DNA from: Saprospira sp.
GTDB taxonomy: Bacteria > Bacteroidota > Bacteroidia > Chitinophagales > Saprospiraceae
Assembly (NCBI GenBank): GCA_044372845.1
Contig: JBILRD010000001.1
Span: 1-32,282, forward strand
Reading direction: 5' to 3'
Length of the DNA stretch: 32,282 bases
A program made the translations under genes and the position numbers. The notes below the pieces were generated by a model that had not been told where the DNA came from, made no database searches, and saw nothing but the letters and a program-made list of their open reading frames with translations. Shown here in pieces: positions 1 to 9,654 of this stretch (the first letter of the stretch is position 1; each line of letters opens with the position of its first letter).

Positions 1-187
1 CATCTGATGCCCAGTTACTGCCAAATTGACCTCTTCCTGCAAATTGCCTGTCTGTTCTGATGACAGTTCCCTCAATTGGAGTGGTTTTTGACAGAAGATC
101 TTTGGCGAATTTATTGGTAGAATCAACAGAATCTAATCTAATTTGTACCTTACCTATAAAAAGACTATTGCTATCTTGTTCTTTCAT
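1..187 (-). CDS. birA: Biotin--[acetyl-CoA-carboxylase] ligase, 5' part only (runs off window start)
   Basis: Hand translation from ATG at 187: MKEQDSNSLFIGKVQIRLDSVDSTNKFAKDLLSKTTPIEGTVIRTDRQFAGRGQFGSNWASD. Contains BirA motifs DSTN and QxAGRGQxxxxW. Divergent from rsfS. Not in the ORF track. Confidence 0.9.
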   Translation of the reverse strand, partial: MKEQDSNSLFIGKVQIRLDSVDSTNKFAKDLLSKTTPIEGTVIRTDRQFAGRGQFGSNWASD

Positions 188-298
188 GACTCAATTTCTT
201 ATATTTAGCCGTAAAATTAAGCATATTACTTATCAGCATTTAGTATCAGTGTCAATAAGTTTTTCAAAAATATTTTAAATAAAAATTAACATTATCTT

Positions 299-676
299 TT
301 GGTAAAAAAACAATCAACCACAGCAGCAAAACTTCCTAAGAGTGTTTTTGTTAAAACTATCATTGAAGCTATGCAGGAATTGAAGGGTGTAGATGTTACA
401 GTATTAGATTTAAGGAATATTCATGAGGCAAGTGCCGATTATTTTATAATTTGTCATGGGACCTCTTCCACTCACATTTCCGGATTAACAGACAGGATTC
501 AAAAAAATGTATGGGAAATTTTAGGCGAGCGGCCTTATCACACAGAAGGGCGACAAGGTAAGCATTGGCTATTGTTGGACTATTTTACTATTGTTGTCCA
601 TGTTTTTGACAGAGAAAAGCGAGACTTTTATGATATTGAACATTTGTGGAGTGACGCTGTTGTTTTAAAATTCTAA
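299..676 (+). CDS. rsfS: Ribosome silencing factor RsfS (Iojap)
   Basis: Motifs DYFIICHG, WLLLDY, VVHVF, RDFYDIEHLWSD; TTG start. Confidence 0.95.
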   Translation: MVKKQSTTAAKLPKSVFVKTIIEAMQELKGVDVTVLDLRNIHEASADYFIICHGTSSTHISGLTDRIQKNVWEILGERPYHTEGRQGKHWLLLDYFTIVVHVFDREKRDFYDIEHLWSDAVVLKF

Positions 677-714
677 TTTTTTAGTTTACATTTAAGATTA
701 TTCATATTTATCAT

Positions 715-2742
715 ATGCAAGACAAACAAAAAAAATCAAATTCTTCAGGTGGAGAAGGCAAAGGAGGACCAAGGTTTAATTATTTCTGGATATATGGTAT
801 TGTAGCTATTGTTTTGATAGCTCTTAACTTTTTTTGGGCTCAACCTCAATCCAAATCAATAGATTGGAATAAACTGGAGAAAATAATCCGTTCTAAGGAT
901 TTAGAAAAGATTGTTATCATCAATAAAGAAAAGGCTGAGATTTATCTGAAAGATTCTGCTTTGAGCAAAAAGGAATATGAAAAAGATATTCCAAAGCCTT
1001 CTATGGGGCTTCCTAATACTGGTCCTCATTACCTTCATACCATAGGGAACGATGAAGTTTTTGAAAATAGAATTATTGCTTTAGAGAGTGATGTAAGGAC
1101 TAAAAATGATGATCCAACCTTCTCAGTTAGCGTTTCTCATGAAAGACGATATGATGTTGTTGGCGGTATATTAAGTTGGGTGCTTCCTTTTTTAATTGTA
1201 ATCGTTATCTGGATGTTTATCATGAGAAGAGTTGGCGGAGGTGCTGGTGGACCTGGTTCTCAAATCTTCAACATTGGACGTTCAAAAGCAACACTTTTTG
1301 ACAAGGAAGGAAAAGTCACGGCAACATTCAAGGATGTAGCTGGTTTGGATGAAGCCAAAGAAGAGGTAATGGAAGTCGTTGATTTTCTGAAAAATCCCAA
1401 AAAATATACTGCTCTTGGAGGAAAAATCCCCAAAGGTGTATTATTAGTTGGTGCCCCCGGTACAGGTAAGACACTTTTAGCAAAAGCCGTAGCCGGTGAG
1501 GCTGCTGTTCCATTTTTCAGTATTTCCGGTTCTGATTTTGTCGAAATGTTTGTCGGTGTTGGAGCTTCTCGTGTAAGAGATTTATTCCGCCAGGCTCGCG
1601 AGAAAGCCCCTTGTATCATTTTTATTGATGAGATTGATGCCATAGGAAGAGCCAGAGGTCGCAATGCTATGCAAGGAAATGATGAGCGTGAAAATACTTT
1701 GAATCAGTTATTGGTGGAGATGGATGGATTTAGCACTGATAAGGGTGTCATCATTATCGCTGCTACCAATAGGCCAGACATTTTGGATGCTGCTTTACTG
1801 CGTCCGGGTAGATTTGACCGTCAGATATCTATAGACAAACCTGATTTGGTAGGGAGGGAGCAAATTTTTAAGGTTCACCTCAAATCAATTAAAATATCAG
1901 GTGATGTAGATGCCAAGAAACTTTCTTTGATGACACCGGGTTTTGCCGGAGCTGAAATTGCCAATGTCTGTAATGAAGCTGCATTGATTGCTGCCCGTAA
2001 AGGCAAGAAGATGGTCGAAATGGATGATTTTAATGATGCAGTAGACAGAGTCATTGGTGGTCTTGAAAAGAAAAATAAATTGATCTCCCCAGAGGAGAAA
2101 AGAGTTATAGCTTATCACGAAGCAGGTCATGCCATCTGTGGTTGGTTCTTGGAATATGCAATGCCATTGGTTAAAGTAACTATTGTTCCAAGAGGTGTAG
2201 CAGCATTAGGGTACGCTCAATACCTTCCCAAAGAACAAAACATCACAACAGTAGAACAGTTGAATGATCAATTATGTATGACATTGGGTGGTAGAGCTGC
2301 AGAATCGATTGTTTTTGAAAGAATATCAACAGGGGCACAGAGTGATCTTGACTATGTAACCAGAATGGCTTATTCTATGATAACCGTTTATGGTATGAAT
2401 GATAAAGTAGGTAATATCTCTTTCTACGGTATGATGAATGAAGGTGGTTTTACAAAACCTTATTCTGAAGCAACCGCTACTTTGATTGATGACGAATCAA
2501 GAAAAATTATTGAAGACCAATATATAAGAGCTAAAAAGTTATTGCAGGATAAAAAACATGAGTTGGAGCTTCTGGCAAATGAATTATTAAAAAAAGAAGT
2601 CTTGCACAAAGATGACGTAGAAAGGCTCATCGGTAAAAGGCCATCTGAAGAAAATAATCAGACAAACACTGAAGAGGTTAATCCTGAGGATCCAGAATCT
2701 GAATCAACGGAAACTGCAATCATTCCAGAAGACATTGCTTAA
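715..2742 (+). CDS. ftsH: ATP-dependent zinc metalloprotease FtsH
   Basis: Two N-terminal TM helices, Walker A GAPGTGKT, Walker [26 protein letters not shown] zinc motif. Confidence 0.98.
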   Translation: MQDKQKKSNSSGGEGKGGPRFNYFWIYGIVAIVLIALNFFWAQPQSKSIDWNKLEKIIRSKDLEKIVIINKEKAEIYLKDSALSKKEYEKDIPKPSMGLPNTGPHYLHTIGNDEVFENRIIALESDVRTKNDDPTFSVSVSHERRYDVVGGILSWVLPFLIVIVIWMFIMRRVGGGAGGPGSQIFNIGRSKATLFDKEGKVTATFKDVAGLDEAKEEVMEVVDFLKNPKKYTALGGKIPKGVLLVGAPGTGKTLLAKAVAGEAAVPFFSISGSDFVEMFVGVGASRVRDLFRQAREKAPCIIFIDEIDAIGRARGRNAMQGNDERENTLNQLLVEMDGFSTDKGVIIIAATNRPDILDAALLRPGRFDRQISIDKPDLVGREQIFKVHLKSIKISGDVDAKKLSLMTPGFAGAEIANVCNEAALIAARKGKKMVEMDDFNDAVDRVIGGLEKKNKLISPEEKRVIAYHEAGHAICGWFLEYAMPLVKVTIVPRGVAALGYAQYLPKEQNITTVEQLNDQLCMTLGGRAAESIVFERISTGAQSDLDYVTRMAYSMITVYGMNDKVGNISFYGMMNEGGFTKPYSEATATLIDDESRKIIEDQYIRAKKLLQDKKHELELLANELLKKEVLHKDDVERLIGKRPSEENNQTNTEEVNPEDPESESTETAIIPEDIA

Positions 2743-2750
2743 ATAGTAGG

Positions 2751-2782
2751 GAGGAAAAAGTAATTACTTTTTCCTCTTTTTA
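2751..2782 (+). terminator. Intrinsic terminator after ftsH
   Basis: Perfect 26-nt palindrome GAGGAAAAAGTAATTACTTTTTCCTC (2751-2776) followed by a T-tract. Confidence 0.75.
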
Positions 2783-2797
2783 TTATTTTAAAGATCT

Positions 2798-3418
2798 ATG
2801 AAAAATTCCAGAGAGCTGATTTTAAAAAAGCTTAGAAATTCAGTTTTACAAAAGACTGAAAAACCTTATCCCGATTTAAAGGATGATGAGGGTTTGTTTA
2901 TTATTCAAGATAAAAATCCAGTCAATATATTAAAAATAGAATTGGAGCGTGTCGGTACAAAATGTATTGAATTAAGTGATGTAGAGGCCTTTATTGATTG
3001 GTTTGAAATGGAGTCTAAAAAAAGAGAATGGAATCAAATATTTTGTTCAGAACCTGATTTGTTAACATTATTTGGCATTAGAGAAATTTCTATTTCAAAG
3101 GATGAGAAGTTTCATAAAAAATCGGTTGCCATAACTTATTGTGAAGCTGTGATATCAAGAACAGGATCAGTTGTTATATGCTCCGAGAAGCCAATGCACA
3201 GGACCTATAGCATAGCTTCGGATGTTCATATAGTTATAGCATTTCAGCATCAGGTAAGGTCCGATTTGTCTGATTTTTTAAAAGAGGATGCAAGTAATCT
3301 GATGAACTCCTCTATGTTAAGCATCATTACCGGAGCTAGTAGAACGGCAGATATTGAAAAAACATTGGTAATGGGAGCCCATGGACCTAAGGAGCTCTAT
3401 GTTATAGTAATTGGATAA
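2798..3418 (+). CDS. LUD-domain (LutC/YkgG family) protein
   Basis: C-terminal ITGASRTADIEKTLVMGAHGPKELYV signature; TGSVV motif. Confidence 0.9.
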   Translation: MKNSRELILKKLRNSVLQKTEKPYPDLKDDEGLFIIQDKNPVNILKIELERVGTKCIELSDVEAFIDWFEMESKKREWNQIFCSEPDLLTLFGIREISISKDEKFHKKSVAITYCEAVISRTGSVVICSEKPMHRTYSIASDVHIVIAFQHQVRSDLSDFLKEDASNLMNSSMLSIITGASRTADIEKTLVMGAHGPKELYVIVIG

Positions 3419-3451
3419 AAAAAGCGAAAGTATAGTTGTATACTTTCGCTT
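3417..3451 (-). terminator. Intrinsic terminator after frr (between convergent genes)
   Basis: AAGCGAAAGTATA-gttg-TATACTTTCGCTT, 13-bp stem; the A-run on its left gives a U-tail on the minus strand. Confidence 0.75.
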
Positions 3452-3474
3452 AGGTAAGGTTATTAATTATTCGC

Positions 3475-4038
3475 TTAGACAGTTAAAAGCTCTTTTTCTT
3501 TTGTAGATAAAACAGCATCGACTTGTCCGGTATATTTCTTAGTTAGATCTTCCACTGTTTGCTCAGAGCTCTTGCCGGCATCTTCAGAATATCCGTTTTT
3601 TACAGCTTTTCTTATTTCTTCTATAGCGTCTCTTCTTGCATTTCTGATACTAATTTTTGCGTGTTCTCCTTCTCCTTGTGATTGTTTGACCAACTGTTTT
3701 CTACGTTCTTCGGTAAGCGGTGGAATAACAATTCTTATAGCTTCCCCGTTATTTTGAGGTGTTACGCCAAGATTAGCAGCGAAAATTGCTTTTTCTATTT
3801 CCGAGATCATTTTCTTTTCCCATGGTTGAATCACCAAGGTTCTTCCATCTTCTACTTTGACATTTGCGACACCCCCAATATTGGTTGTACTTCCATAGTA
3901 ATCTATACGTAAGCCATCCAACATATCAGGAGAGGCTTTTCCAGAACGTATTTTGTTCAATTCTTTTTGAAGGTGAAGTAAGGAAGCTTGCATGCTTTCC
4001 TCTGTAGTCTCAATTACTAAATCAATTTCTTCTTGCAT
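3475..4038 (-). CDS. frr: Ribosome recycling factor
   Basis: IRSGKASP, IQPWEK, IPPLTEERRKQLVK, IRNARRDA; next to pyrH. Confidence 0.98.
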   Translation of the reverse strand: MQEEIDLVIETTEESMQASLLHLQKELNKIRSGKASPDMLDGLRIDYYGSTTNIGGVANVKVEDGRTLVIQPWEKKMISEIEKAIFAANLGVTPQNNGEAIRIVIPPLTEERRKQLVKQSQGEGEHAKISIRNARRDAIEEIRKAVKNGYSEDAGKSSEQTVEDLTKKYTGQVDAVLSTKEKELLTV

Positions 4039-4124
4039 AGTATTCTGAATTTATCAGATGAAAAAAGTCATATTCTTATAACTAAAAAAACAAATATGGT
4101 TGAAACAACGAGTAAAATTTCGAA

Positions 4125-4838
4125 TTAACAGGTTACCAGTGTGCCGATGTGTTCGCCTTTGATAATTCTTAGCAAATTAGAAGGTGTATTGATATCAAAA
4201 ACAATAATAGGCATATCGTTTTCTTGGCACATTGTAAAGGCGGTCATATCCATAATATTCAAACCTCCGCTGATAACCTCTTTAAAACTAACAGAGTGGT
4301 ATTTAGTGGCGTTTGGATCTTTTTCAGGATCGGCAGTATAGACCCCATCCACTCTAGTACCTTTAAGGATAACATCAGCATTGATTTCTGATGCTCTTAG
4401 AGCTGCGGCAGAATCTGTTGTAAAATAAGGACTACCTGTACCTGCAACAAAGATTAGTACTCTTTTTTTCTCCAGATGTCGAATGGCTCTACGGCGAATG
4501 TAAGGTTCAGCAACCTTATCCATTCCAATAGCAGAAATCAATCGGGTGTAAATTCCAAGGTGTTCAAGAGAACTTTGTAAAGCAAGACCATTGATTACTG
4601 TAGCCAGCATGCCCATGTAATCTCCTGTTACTCGTTCGATTCCGGATAATTTAGAATCAAGACCTCTAAAGATATTTCCGCCACCAATCACGATTGCCAC
4701 TTCGATTCCTTCGTCTACAATTTTTTTAATTTCTTTGGCATAATGTTCCAACATCGGTTGGGCAATGCCAAATTCTTTATCACCCATTAGTGATTCTCCA
4801 CTCAACTTGAGTAGAATTCTTTTATACTTAGTGGCCAT
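4125..4838 (-). CDS. pyrH: UMP kinase
   Basis: [38 protein letters not shown]. Confidence 0.98.
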   Translation of the reverse strand: MATKYKRILLKLSGESLMGDKEFGIAQPMLEHYAKEIKKIVDEGIEVAIVIGGGNIFRGLDSKLSGIERVTGDYMGMLATVINGLALQSSLEHLGIYTRLISAIGMDKVAEPYIRRRAIRHLEKKRVLIFVAGTGSPYFTTDSAAALRASEINADVILKGTRVDGVYTADPEKDPNATKYHSVSFKEVISGGLNIMDMTAFTMCQENDMPIIVFDINTPSNLLRIIKGEHIGTLVTC

Positions 4839-4862
4839 TTAGGATTTTTTTAATTTCGGCTT

Positions 4863-4894
4863 CAAATATAGGTTAAATCAAAAATGAAAACAAA
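4863..4894 (-). promoter_or_regulatory. Bacteroidota housekeeping promoter for pyrH-frr
   Basis: Minus strand TTTG (4891-4894), 20-nt spacer, TATATTTG (4863-4870); matches the -33 TTTG / -7 TAnnTTTG consensus. Confidence 0.7.
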
Positions 4895-4925
4895 AAAAAA
4901 GCGTTTCGAATTGAAACGCTTTTTT
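4892..4925 (-). terminator. Intrinsic terminator after tsf
   Basis: AAAAAAGCGTTTC-gaatt-GAAACGCTTTTTT with a 9-A run (U-tail on minus strand). Confidence 0.8.
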
Positions 4926-4936
4926 AAAATATTTGA

Positions 4937-5773
4937 TTAACCAAGTGCGAAGTGTACAAAGCCTGTAACTGTTAGGCTCTTGTCTAGACCTTGGAGAATT
5001 TGTTTTACTGTTTCCTTGTTATTTGCTTTGACAAATTCCTGGTTTAAAAGAGTACGCTCTTTGTAAAACGCATTTAATTTACCCATAGCAATTTTTTCAA
5101 GAAGATCTTCAGATTTACCTTCGTTGCGAGCGATGTCTTTTGCAATTTCAATCTCTTTTTCAACAACTGTAGCATCAACATTTTCTTTATCAACAGCGAT
5201 AGGATGCATGGCTGCAATTTGCATAGCGATATCCTTTCCTGTTGAATCTAATCCAGCTATATGTTTGTTGAATCCAACAGCCACAGCAGCCTTGTTGCCC
5301 ATGTGGATGTAAGGAATAACGTATTCAGCTTCTACTTTACCATAGCTGCTTAGTTCGATTTTCTCACCGATTACACCAGTTTTTTCGATTAGTGCTTCAC
5401 CTACAGTAATATCACTTAGCTTAAGGTTAAGTAGAGCTTCACGATCAGCTGGAAGATGATTGATTGCAAGCGTTGCAATACTTGATACAAAGTTTACAAA
5501 ATCTTGATTTTTAGCAACAAAGTCAGTTTCACAACCAATACGAACCACGATACCACTTTTGTTATCAGGAGAAGTTAATGCTATAACAACACCTTCTAAG
5601 GCTTCACGGTCAGCACGTTTGTCGTTTAATTTTTGACCTAGTTTTCTTAAAAATTCGATTGCACCTTCGAAATCACCATTAGATTCGGTAAGAGCTTTTT
5701 TGCAATCCATCATACCGGCTCCTGTTTCATCGCGCAATCTTTTTACGTCAGATGCAGAGATATTGACACTCAT
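4937..5773 (-). CDS. tsf: Elongation factor Ts
   Basis: VKRLRDETGAGMMDCKKAL, CETDFVAKN, IAMQIAAM. Confidence 0.98.
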   Translation of the reverse strand: MSVNISASDVKRLRDETGAGMMDCKKALTESNGDFEGAIEFLRKLGQKLNDKRADREALEGVVIALTSPDNKSGIVVRIGCETDFVAKNQDFVNFVSSIATLAINHLPADREALLNLKLSDITVGEALIEKTGVIGEKIELSSYGKVEAEYVIPYIHMGNKAAVAVGFNKHIAGLDSTGKDIAMQIAAMHPIAVDKENVDATVVEKEIEIAKDIARNEGKSEDLLEKIAMGKLNAFYKERTLLNQEFVKANNKETVKQILQGLDKSLTVTGFVHFALG

Positions 5774-5799
5774 TTTAGTTTGATATTAGTTTAATTAAA

Positions 5800-6522
5800 T
5801 TATTCAGCTTCGCTGGTTACTTCTTCTTTCATGTTTTTGCGTTCTTCTAATCCTTCACGGATTGCAGACGTCAAATAATTGATAACAATTGAAATTGCTT
5901 TTGAAGCATCATCATTGGATGGAATTGCAAAATCAACAATCGTAGGATCGGAGTTAGTATCTACCATACCGATGGTGCGAATACCCAAACTTGTAGCTTC
6001 AGCAACTGCAAGATGTTCGTGATTGATGTCAACAATCAGCAGAGCATTAGGTAATTTATTAAGTTGAGAAATACCTCCAAACACTTTGTTTAACTTCTCG
6101 TGTTTACGAGATAAAACCAAACGTTCTTTTTTGGTGATATTTTCTAATGTACCATCATTAAGCATACGCTCAATACTCTGCATTTTCTTTACAGACTTGC
6201 GGATAGTTGAGAAGTTGGTCATCATACCACCTAACCAACGGTCTGAAACGAATGGCATACCAACACTTCTGGCAGCTTCTTCAATAATTCCGCGAGCTTG
6301 TTTTTTAGTTCCGACGAAAAGAATTTTTTTCCCGGATTTAGCCATTTGGCGAAGTGCATTGGCAGAGCGCTCAAGTGATTCTAATGTACGATTAAGGTCG
6401 ATTACATGAATACCTTTACGTTCAACAAAAATGTAGGGACGCATTTTAGGGTTCCACTTTCTTTTCATGTGTCCGAAATGGCAACCTGCATCCAATAAGT
6501 CTTTATAAGTAGGTGTTTGCAT
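5800..6522 (-). CDS. rpsB: 30S ribosomal protein S2
   Basis: LLDAGCHFGH, WNPKM, RWLGGMMTNF, DTNSDP, PSNDD. Confidence 0.98.
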   Translation of the reverse strand: MQTPTYKDLLDAGCHFGHMKRKWNPKMRPYIFVERKGIHVIDLNRTLESLERSANALRQMAKSGKKILFVGTKKQARGIIEEAARSVGMPFVSDRWLGGMMTNFSTIRKSVKKMQSIERMLNDGTLENITKKERLVLSRKHEKLNKVFGGISQLNKLPNALLIVDINHEHLAVAEATSLGIRTIGMVDTNSDPTIVDFAIPSNDDASKAISIVINYLTSAIREGLEERKNMKEEVTSEAE

Positions 6523-6569
6523 ATCTAAATTGAAAATTTAAAAGCTTTAGGCGATAAGGCCAAAAAAAA

Positions 6570-6956
6570 TTAACGTTTACTGAACTGGAAGCTTTTACGT
6601 GCTTTTGGCTTACCGTATTTTTTACGTTCAACAGCTCTTGGATCGCGAGTAAGATACTTTTTCGCTTTTAGAGGTGAACGAAAATCAGCGTTGATACGAA
6701 CTAAAGCACGAGCTATACCTAAACGTACCGCTTCAGCTTGTCCTTTGATACCGCCACCTTTAACGTTAACCTTGATATCATAAAGATTTTGAACATCTAC
6801 AGTTAAAAGCGGATCAACCACTTTACCTTGAACGTGAATTACAGGAAAATAAGTCTTGTAATCACGACCGTTGACGGAAACATTACCACTGCCTTTGCGT
6901 ACATATACACGAGCTACAGCGGTTTTTCTTCTTCCTGTCGCATTAATCATTTCCAT
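6570..6956 (-). CDS. rpsI: 30S ribosomal protein S9
   Basis: TGRRKTAVARV, GGGIKGQAEA, ERKKYG...ARKSFQFSKR. Confidence 0.98.
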   Translation of the reverse strand: MEMINATGRRKTAVARVYVRKGSGNVSVNGRDYKTYFPVIHVQGKVVDPLLTVDVQNLYDIKVNVKGGGIKGQAEAVRLGIARALVRINADFRSPLKAKKYLTRDPRAVERKKYGKPKARKSFQFSKR

Positions 6957-6973
6957 ATTATATTATTCTTTAA

Positions 6974-7429
6974 CTATTTTTTAAAATCGAATGATAATAC
7001 TTGAGGCTTTTGAGCGTGGTGCCTGTGTTCATTACCTGTGTAAACGAACAATTTTTTGATCATAGCACGACCCAATCTACCTTTTGGCAACATACCCTTG
7101 ATAGCATTTTCCAATAAACGCTCAGGTTGTTTTGCTAATATTTCAGCAGCAGTAGCTTGCTTTTGTCCACCAGGGTAACCAGAGAAAGTTAAATAAACTT
7201 TTTTGTCCATTTTTCTTCCTGATAATGCTACCTTTTCGGCATTGATGATGATGACATAGTCGCCACAATCAAAATGAGGAGTGAAACCGGGTTTGTGCTT
7301 TCCACGTAAAATCATAGCGATTTTAGAAGATATGCGACCAAGAGTTTGGCCTTCGGCGTCAACAACCCACCATTTTCGGATGACAGTTTCTTTGTTTTCA
7401 AACTGCGATCTGTAACTCAGTGTATCCAC
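6974..7429 (-). CDS. rplM: 50S ribosomal protein L13
   Basis: [40 protein letters not shown]; GTG start. Confidence 0.98.
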   Translation of the reverse strand: MDTLSYRSQFENKETVIRKWWVVDAEGQTLGRISSKIAMILRGKHKPGFTPHFDCGDYVIIINAEKVALSGRKMDKKVYLTFSGYPGGQKQATAAEILAKQPERLLENAIKGMLPKGRLGRAMIKKLFVYTGNEHRHHAQKPQVLSFDFKK

Positions 7430-7506
7430 AATTTTTTCTTTTAGGTTATTTTATTATTATTTCTCAACTATTTACGCAATTTAAGGCCCAATCGGACAAG
7501 GGTCTT

Positions 7507-7527
7507 TCAAAAGCGAATGCAAATGTA
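7507..7527 (-). promoter_or_regulatory. Promoter -7 element and start region of the rplM-rpsI-rpsB-tsf operon
   Basis: Minus strand TACATTTGCATTCGCTTTTGA (TAnnTTTG at 7520-7527); no canonical TTTG seen at -33. Confidence 0.65.
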
Positions 7528-7669
7528 CAACGAGTTATTTTGAAAAAAAAGCTTTTTCAAAAATATTTTATTCAAAAATTATCTAAATTGCTGATAATCA
7601 GTTTTTCTGTGGATCAAGTTTTTTTAAAACAAAATAAATAAATTGGTAATTTTGCTATTATTATTCGGG

Positions 7670-8878
7670 TTATTTGTCTCTTATTAGTATAAACCAAAAA
7701 ACGGAGACAATACTGATCGTGGCACAGAGATAGAAAATTAAGGAAAAATCGAAAAATGCAAAAACAAGAAGAGGTGTTGCTATCAACCTAGCTAATTCAG
7801 ATTTAAAAGACCATTTTTTTAAGTCAAATATGGATCCCAGATTGGAGATTGTCCAAAGTATAAGAACCGAAAGACCAATGGATTGCAATAAAATCAGGTT
7901 TGATACGGCTGATAAAAATATTGTCGTAGCTATGAGTATTAGCGAAAATTGGAAAAGGACATAAAACAAAGTTTTTTTTGATATTTTCGAATTGTACTTT
8001 ACTGTCAAATCTTTATTTACATCTTGTACTTTCTCAGTGCCACCTAGAGATTCCGGCATCCAACCTGGTCTGTCGACCCAAAGCCTAATTTTGTTTAGAA
8101 AACCAGGAATTTTTAAACTATTTTTTGTCAAATCTGAATAGTAATCAAAATTTGCCCAGATTGGATTCCAATTTGCCAAAGGCTTTGTAACGCCATAAAC
8201 CACGGGTTTGATTTCCGGTTCAAATGTTCTAAAAATCCGATCAAAAATTATGAGGGTCCCGCCATGATTTTTATCTATATACTCAGGATTTCTTCCATGG
8301 TGAACTCTGTGATGAGATGGTGTATTGAAAATATATTCAAACCAAAACGGGAGTTTACGAATGGCCTCTGTGTGAATCCAGAATTGATAAAGCGTCTGAA
8401 AGGTTCCAATAATAGCGAATACCAAAGGATCAAATCCTGCAATAGCAAGGGGAAGGTAAAAAATGGAAGATATAAAACCTTGAAATGCAGATTGTCTGAG
8501 AGCTACAGATAGGTTATAATCTTCGCTCTGATGATGAACGACATGTGCCCCCCAAAAGGCATTGATTTCATGAGAGTAACGGTGAAACCAATAATAAAAA
8601 AAGTCTATCAAAATAAATAAAATGATATATGTCCACCAAATATTCGGAATGGCGAAAAGTTTAAAATTTTGATATATGCTCACATATAGACCAAGTCCTA
8701 GCAGCTTAAATATAGCTCCACTTACTTGTTGAGAAATACCACAGCTGATATTTGAAATGGCATCGTTCAGTCGATAGTATTCTCGGTTAAACAATAAGCC
8801 TCCAAATAATTCTATTCCAATCAATAAAAAGAAGACCGGAATAGCATAAAGCATGATGGTTTCAGCTGTGATTTGCAT
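7670..8878 (-). CDS. Sterol desaturase/fatty acid hydroxylase family, alkylglycerol monooxygenase-like membrane di-iron enzyme
   Basis: His boxes HRYSH, HVVHH, WIHTE, HHRVHH; multiple TM segments including a C-terminal hydrophobic block. Confidence 0.85.
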   Translation of the reverse strand: MQITAETIMLYAIPVFFLLIGIELFGGLLFNREYYRLNDAISNISCGISQQVSGAIFKLLGLGLYVSIYQNFKLFAIPNIWWTYIILFILIDFFYYWFHRYSHEINAFWGAHVVHHQSEDYNLSVALRQSAFQGFISSIFYLPLAIAGFDPLVFAIIGTFQTLYQFWIHTEAIRKLPFWFEYIFNTPSHHRVHHGRNPEYIDKNHGGTLIIFDRIFRTFEPEIKPVVYGVTKPLANWNPIWANFDYYSDLTKNSLKIPGFLNKIRLWVDRPGWMPESLGGTEKVQDVNKDLTVKYNSKISKKTLFYVLFQFSLILIATTIFLSAVSNLILLQSIGLSVLILWTISNLGSIFDLKKWSFKSELARLIATPLLVFAFFDFSLIFYLCATISIVSVFWFILIRDK

Positions 8879-8881
8879 ATT

Positions 8882-9604
8882 TTATTTATAAATCTTGAAT
8901 CCAATTGAAAGTTCAAAAATGAGGTTGTAAACCTTTTGCTCAGTAGTTCTAAGAGGGTTTCCTGATGCATCCGTATATTGAGAGGGTAAACCACCAGGAA
9001 TGAAGACTTGTCTTGAGATGTCTGGACTAATGTTAGCTTCAACAAATAGAGCCCATGGCCCTTTGCCTAAGATCCATTCATAACCCCCACCTATCCAAAC
9101 TCCATAGTTGAATCTGTTAACACCAAAAGTACTGTTTTGAAGCAACTGATAATCAATTGTATAGTCCAAACGAAGGCCAAAACCATAATAAGCAAGACTT
9201 TTTTCCTGGATAAGGTAATTACCCTTTCCAATGATGGTTAATGACAGATTATGAAATTCATTTGGCGGTACAATTACTCTAGTAGAATTATTTGTGTAGT
9301 AAAACACATTTCTGAAGGCACTTCCTTTACGATGGTATCCAAGTTGAGTTAAAAAACTACTTCTTTGAAGATTTCCATTTTTTTGCTTCCATGTGCCAGG
9401 CATTTCTACAAAAGCATCTGCATGATAAGAGAAAAGTGCATTTCTTTGAAATCCATTCCAGGTTTGAGTAGCAACAGTTGCTCCGCCCTTGACCCCAAAG
9501 GCATAGCCCCCGTCACCTAAAATTGTGGAACTGTTTTCCTGAGCACTTAGAGATGCAGAAAATAGAAATATTAGTAATACAAAGGGACTGTAATATTTGA
9601 TCAT
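8882..9604 (-). CDS. Outer-membrane beta-barrel protein (PorT/OmpA-barrel-like), function unknown
   Basis: Start reassigned to ATG 9604 (MIKYYSPFVLLIFLFSASLSA-Q signal peptide); FGVKGG first strand; amphipathic C-terminal strand IFELSIGFKI. Confidence 0.65.
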   Translation of the reverse strand: MIKYYSPFVLLIFLFSASLSAQENSSTILGDGGYAFGVKGGATVATQTWNGFQRNALFSYHADAFVEMPGTWKQKNGNLQRSSFLTQLGYHRKGSAFRNVFYYTNNSTRVIVPPNEFHNLSLTIIGKGNYLIQEKSLAYYGFGLRLDYTIDYQLLQNSTFGVNRFNYGVWIGGGYEWILGKGPWALFVEANISPDISRQVFIPGGLPSQYTDASGNPLRTTEQKVYNLIFELSIGFKIYK

Positions 9605-9654
9605 AGCGGAGATAATTATTGAACAAGCTAAAATAAATAATTTTGAAGAAAAAA

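Noticed and set aside
60-278. 72-aa plus-strand ORF
   Set aside because: Antisense shadow of the birA 5' end and the divergent promoter region; no motifs
2798-3418. Lone LutC-like gene as a lactate utilisation system
   Set aside because: No lutA/lutB in the window; a LUD gene after ftsH is, from recall, ordinary Bacteroidota synteny
7420-7641. 73-aa ORF in the rplM upstream region
   Set aside because: Low-complexity AT-rich translation lying antisense over the rplM promoter and leader
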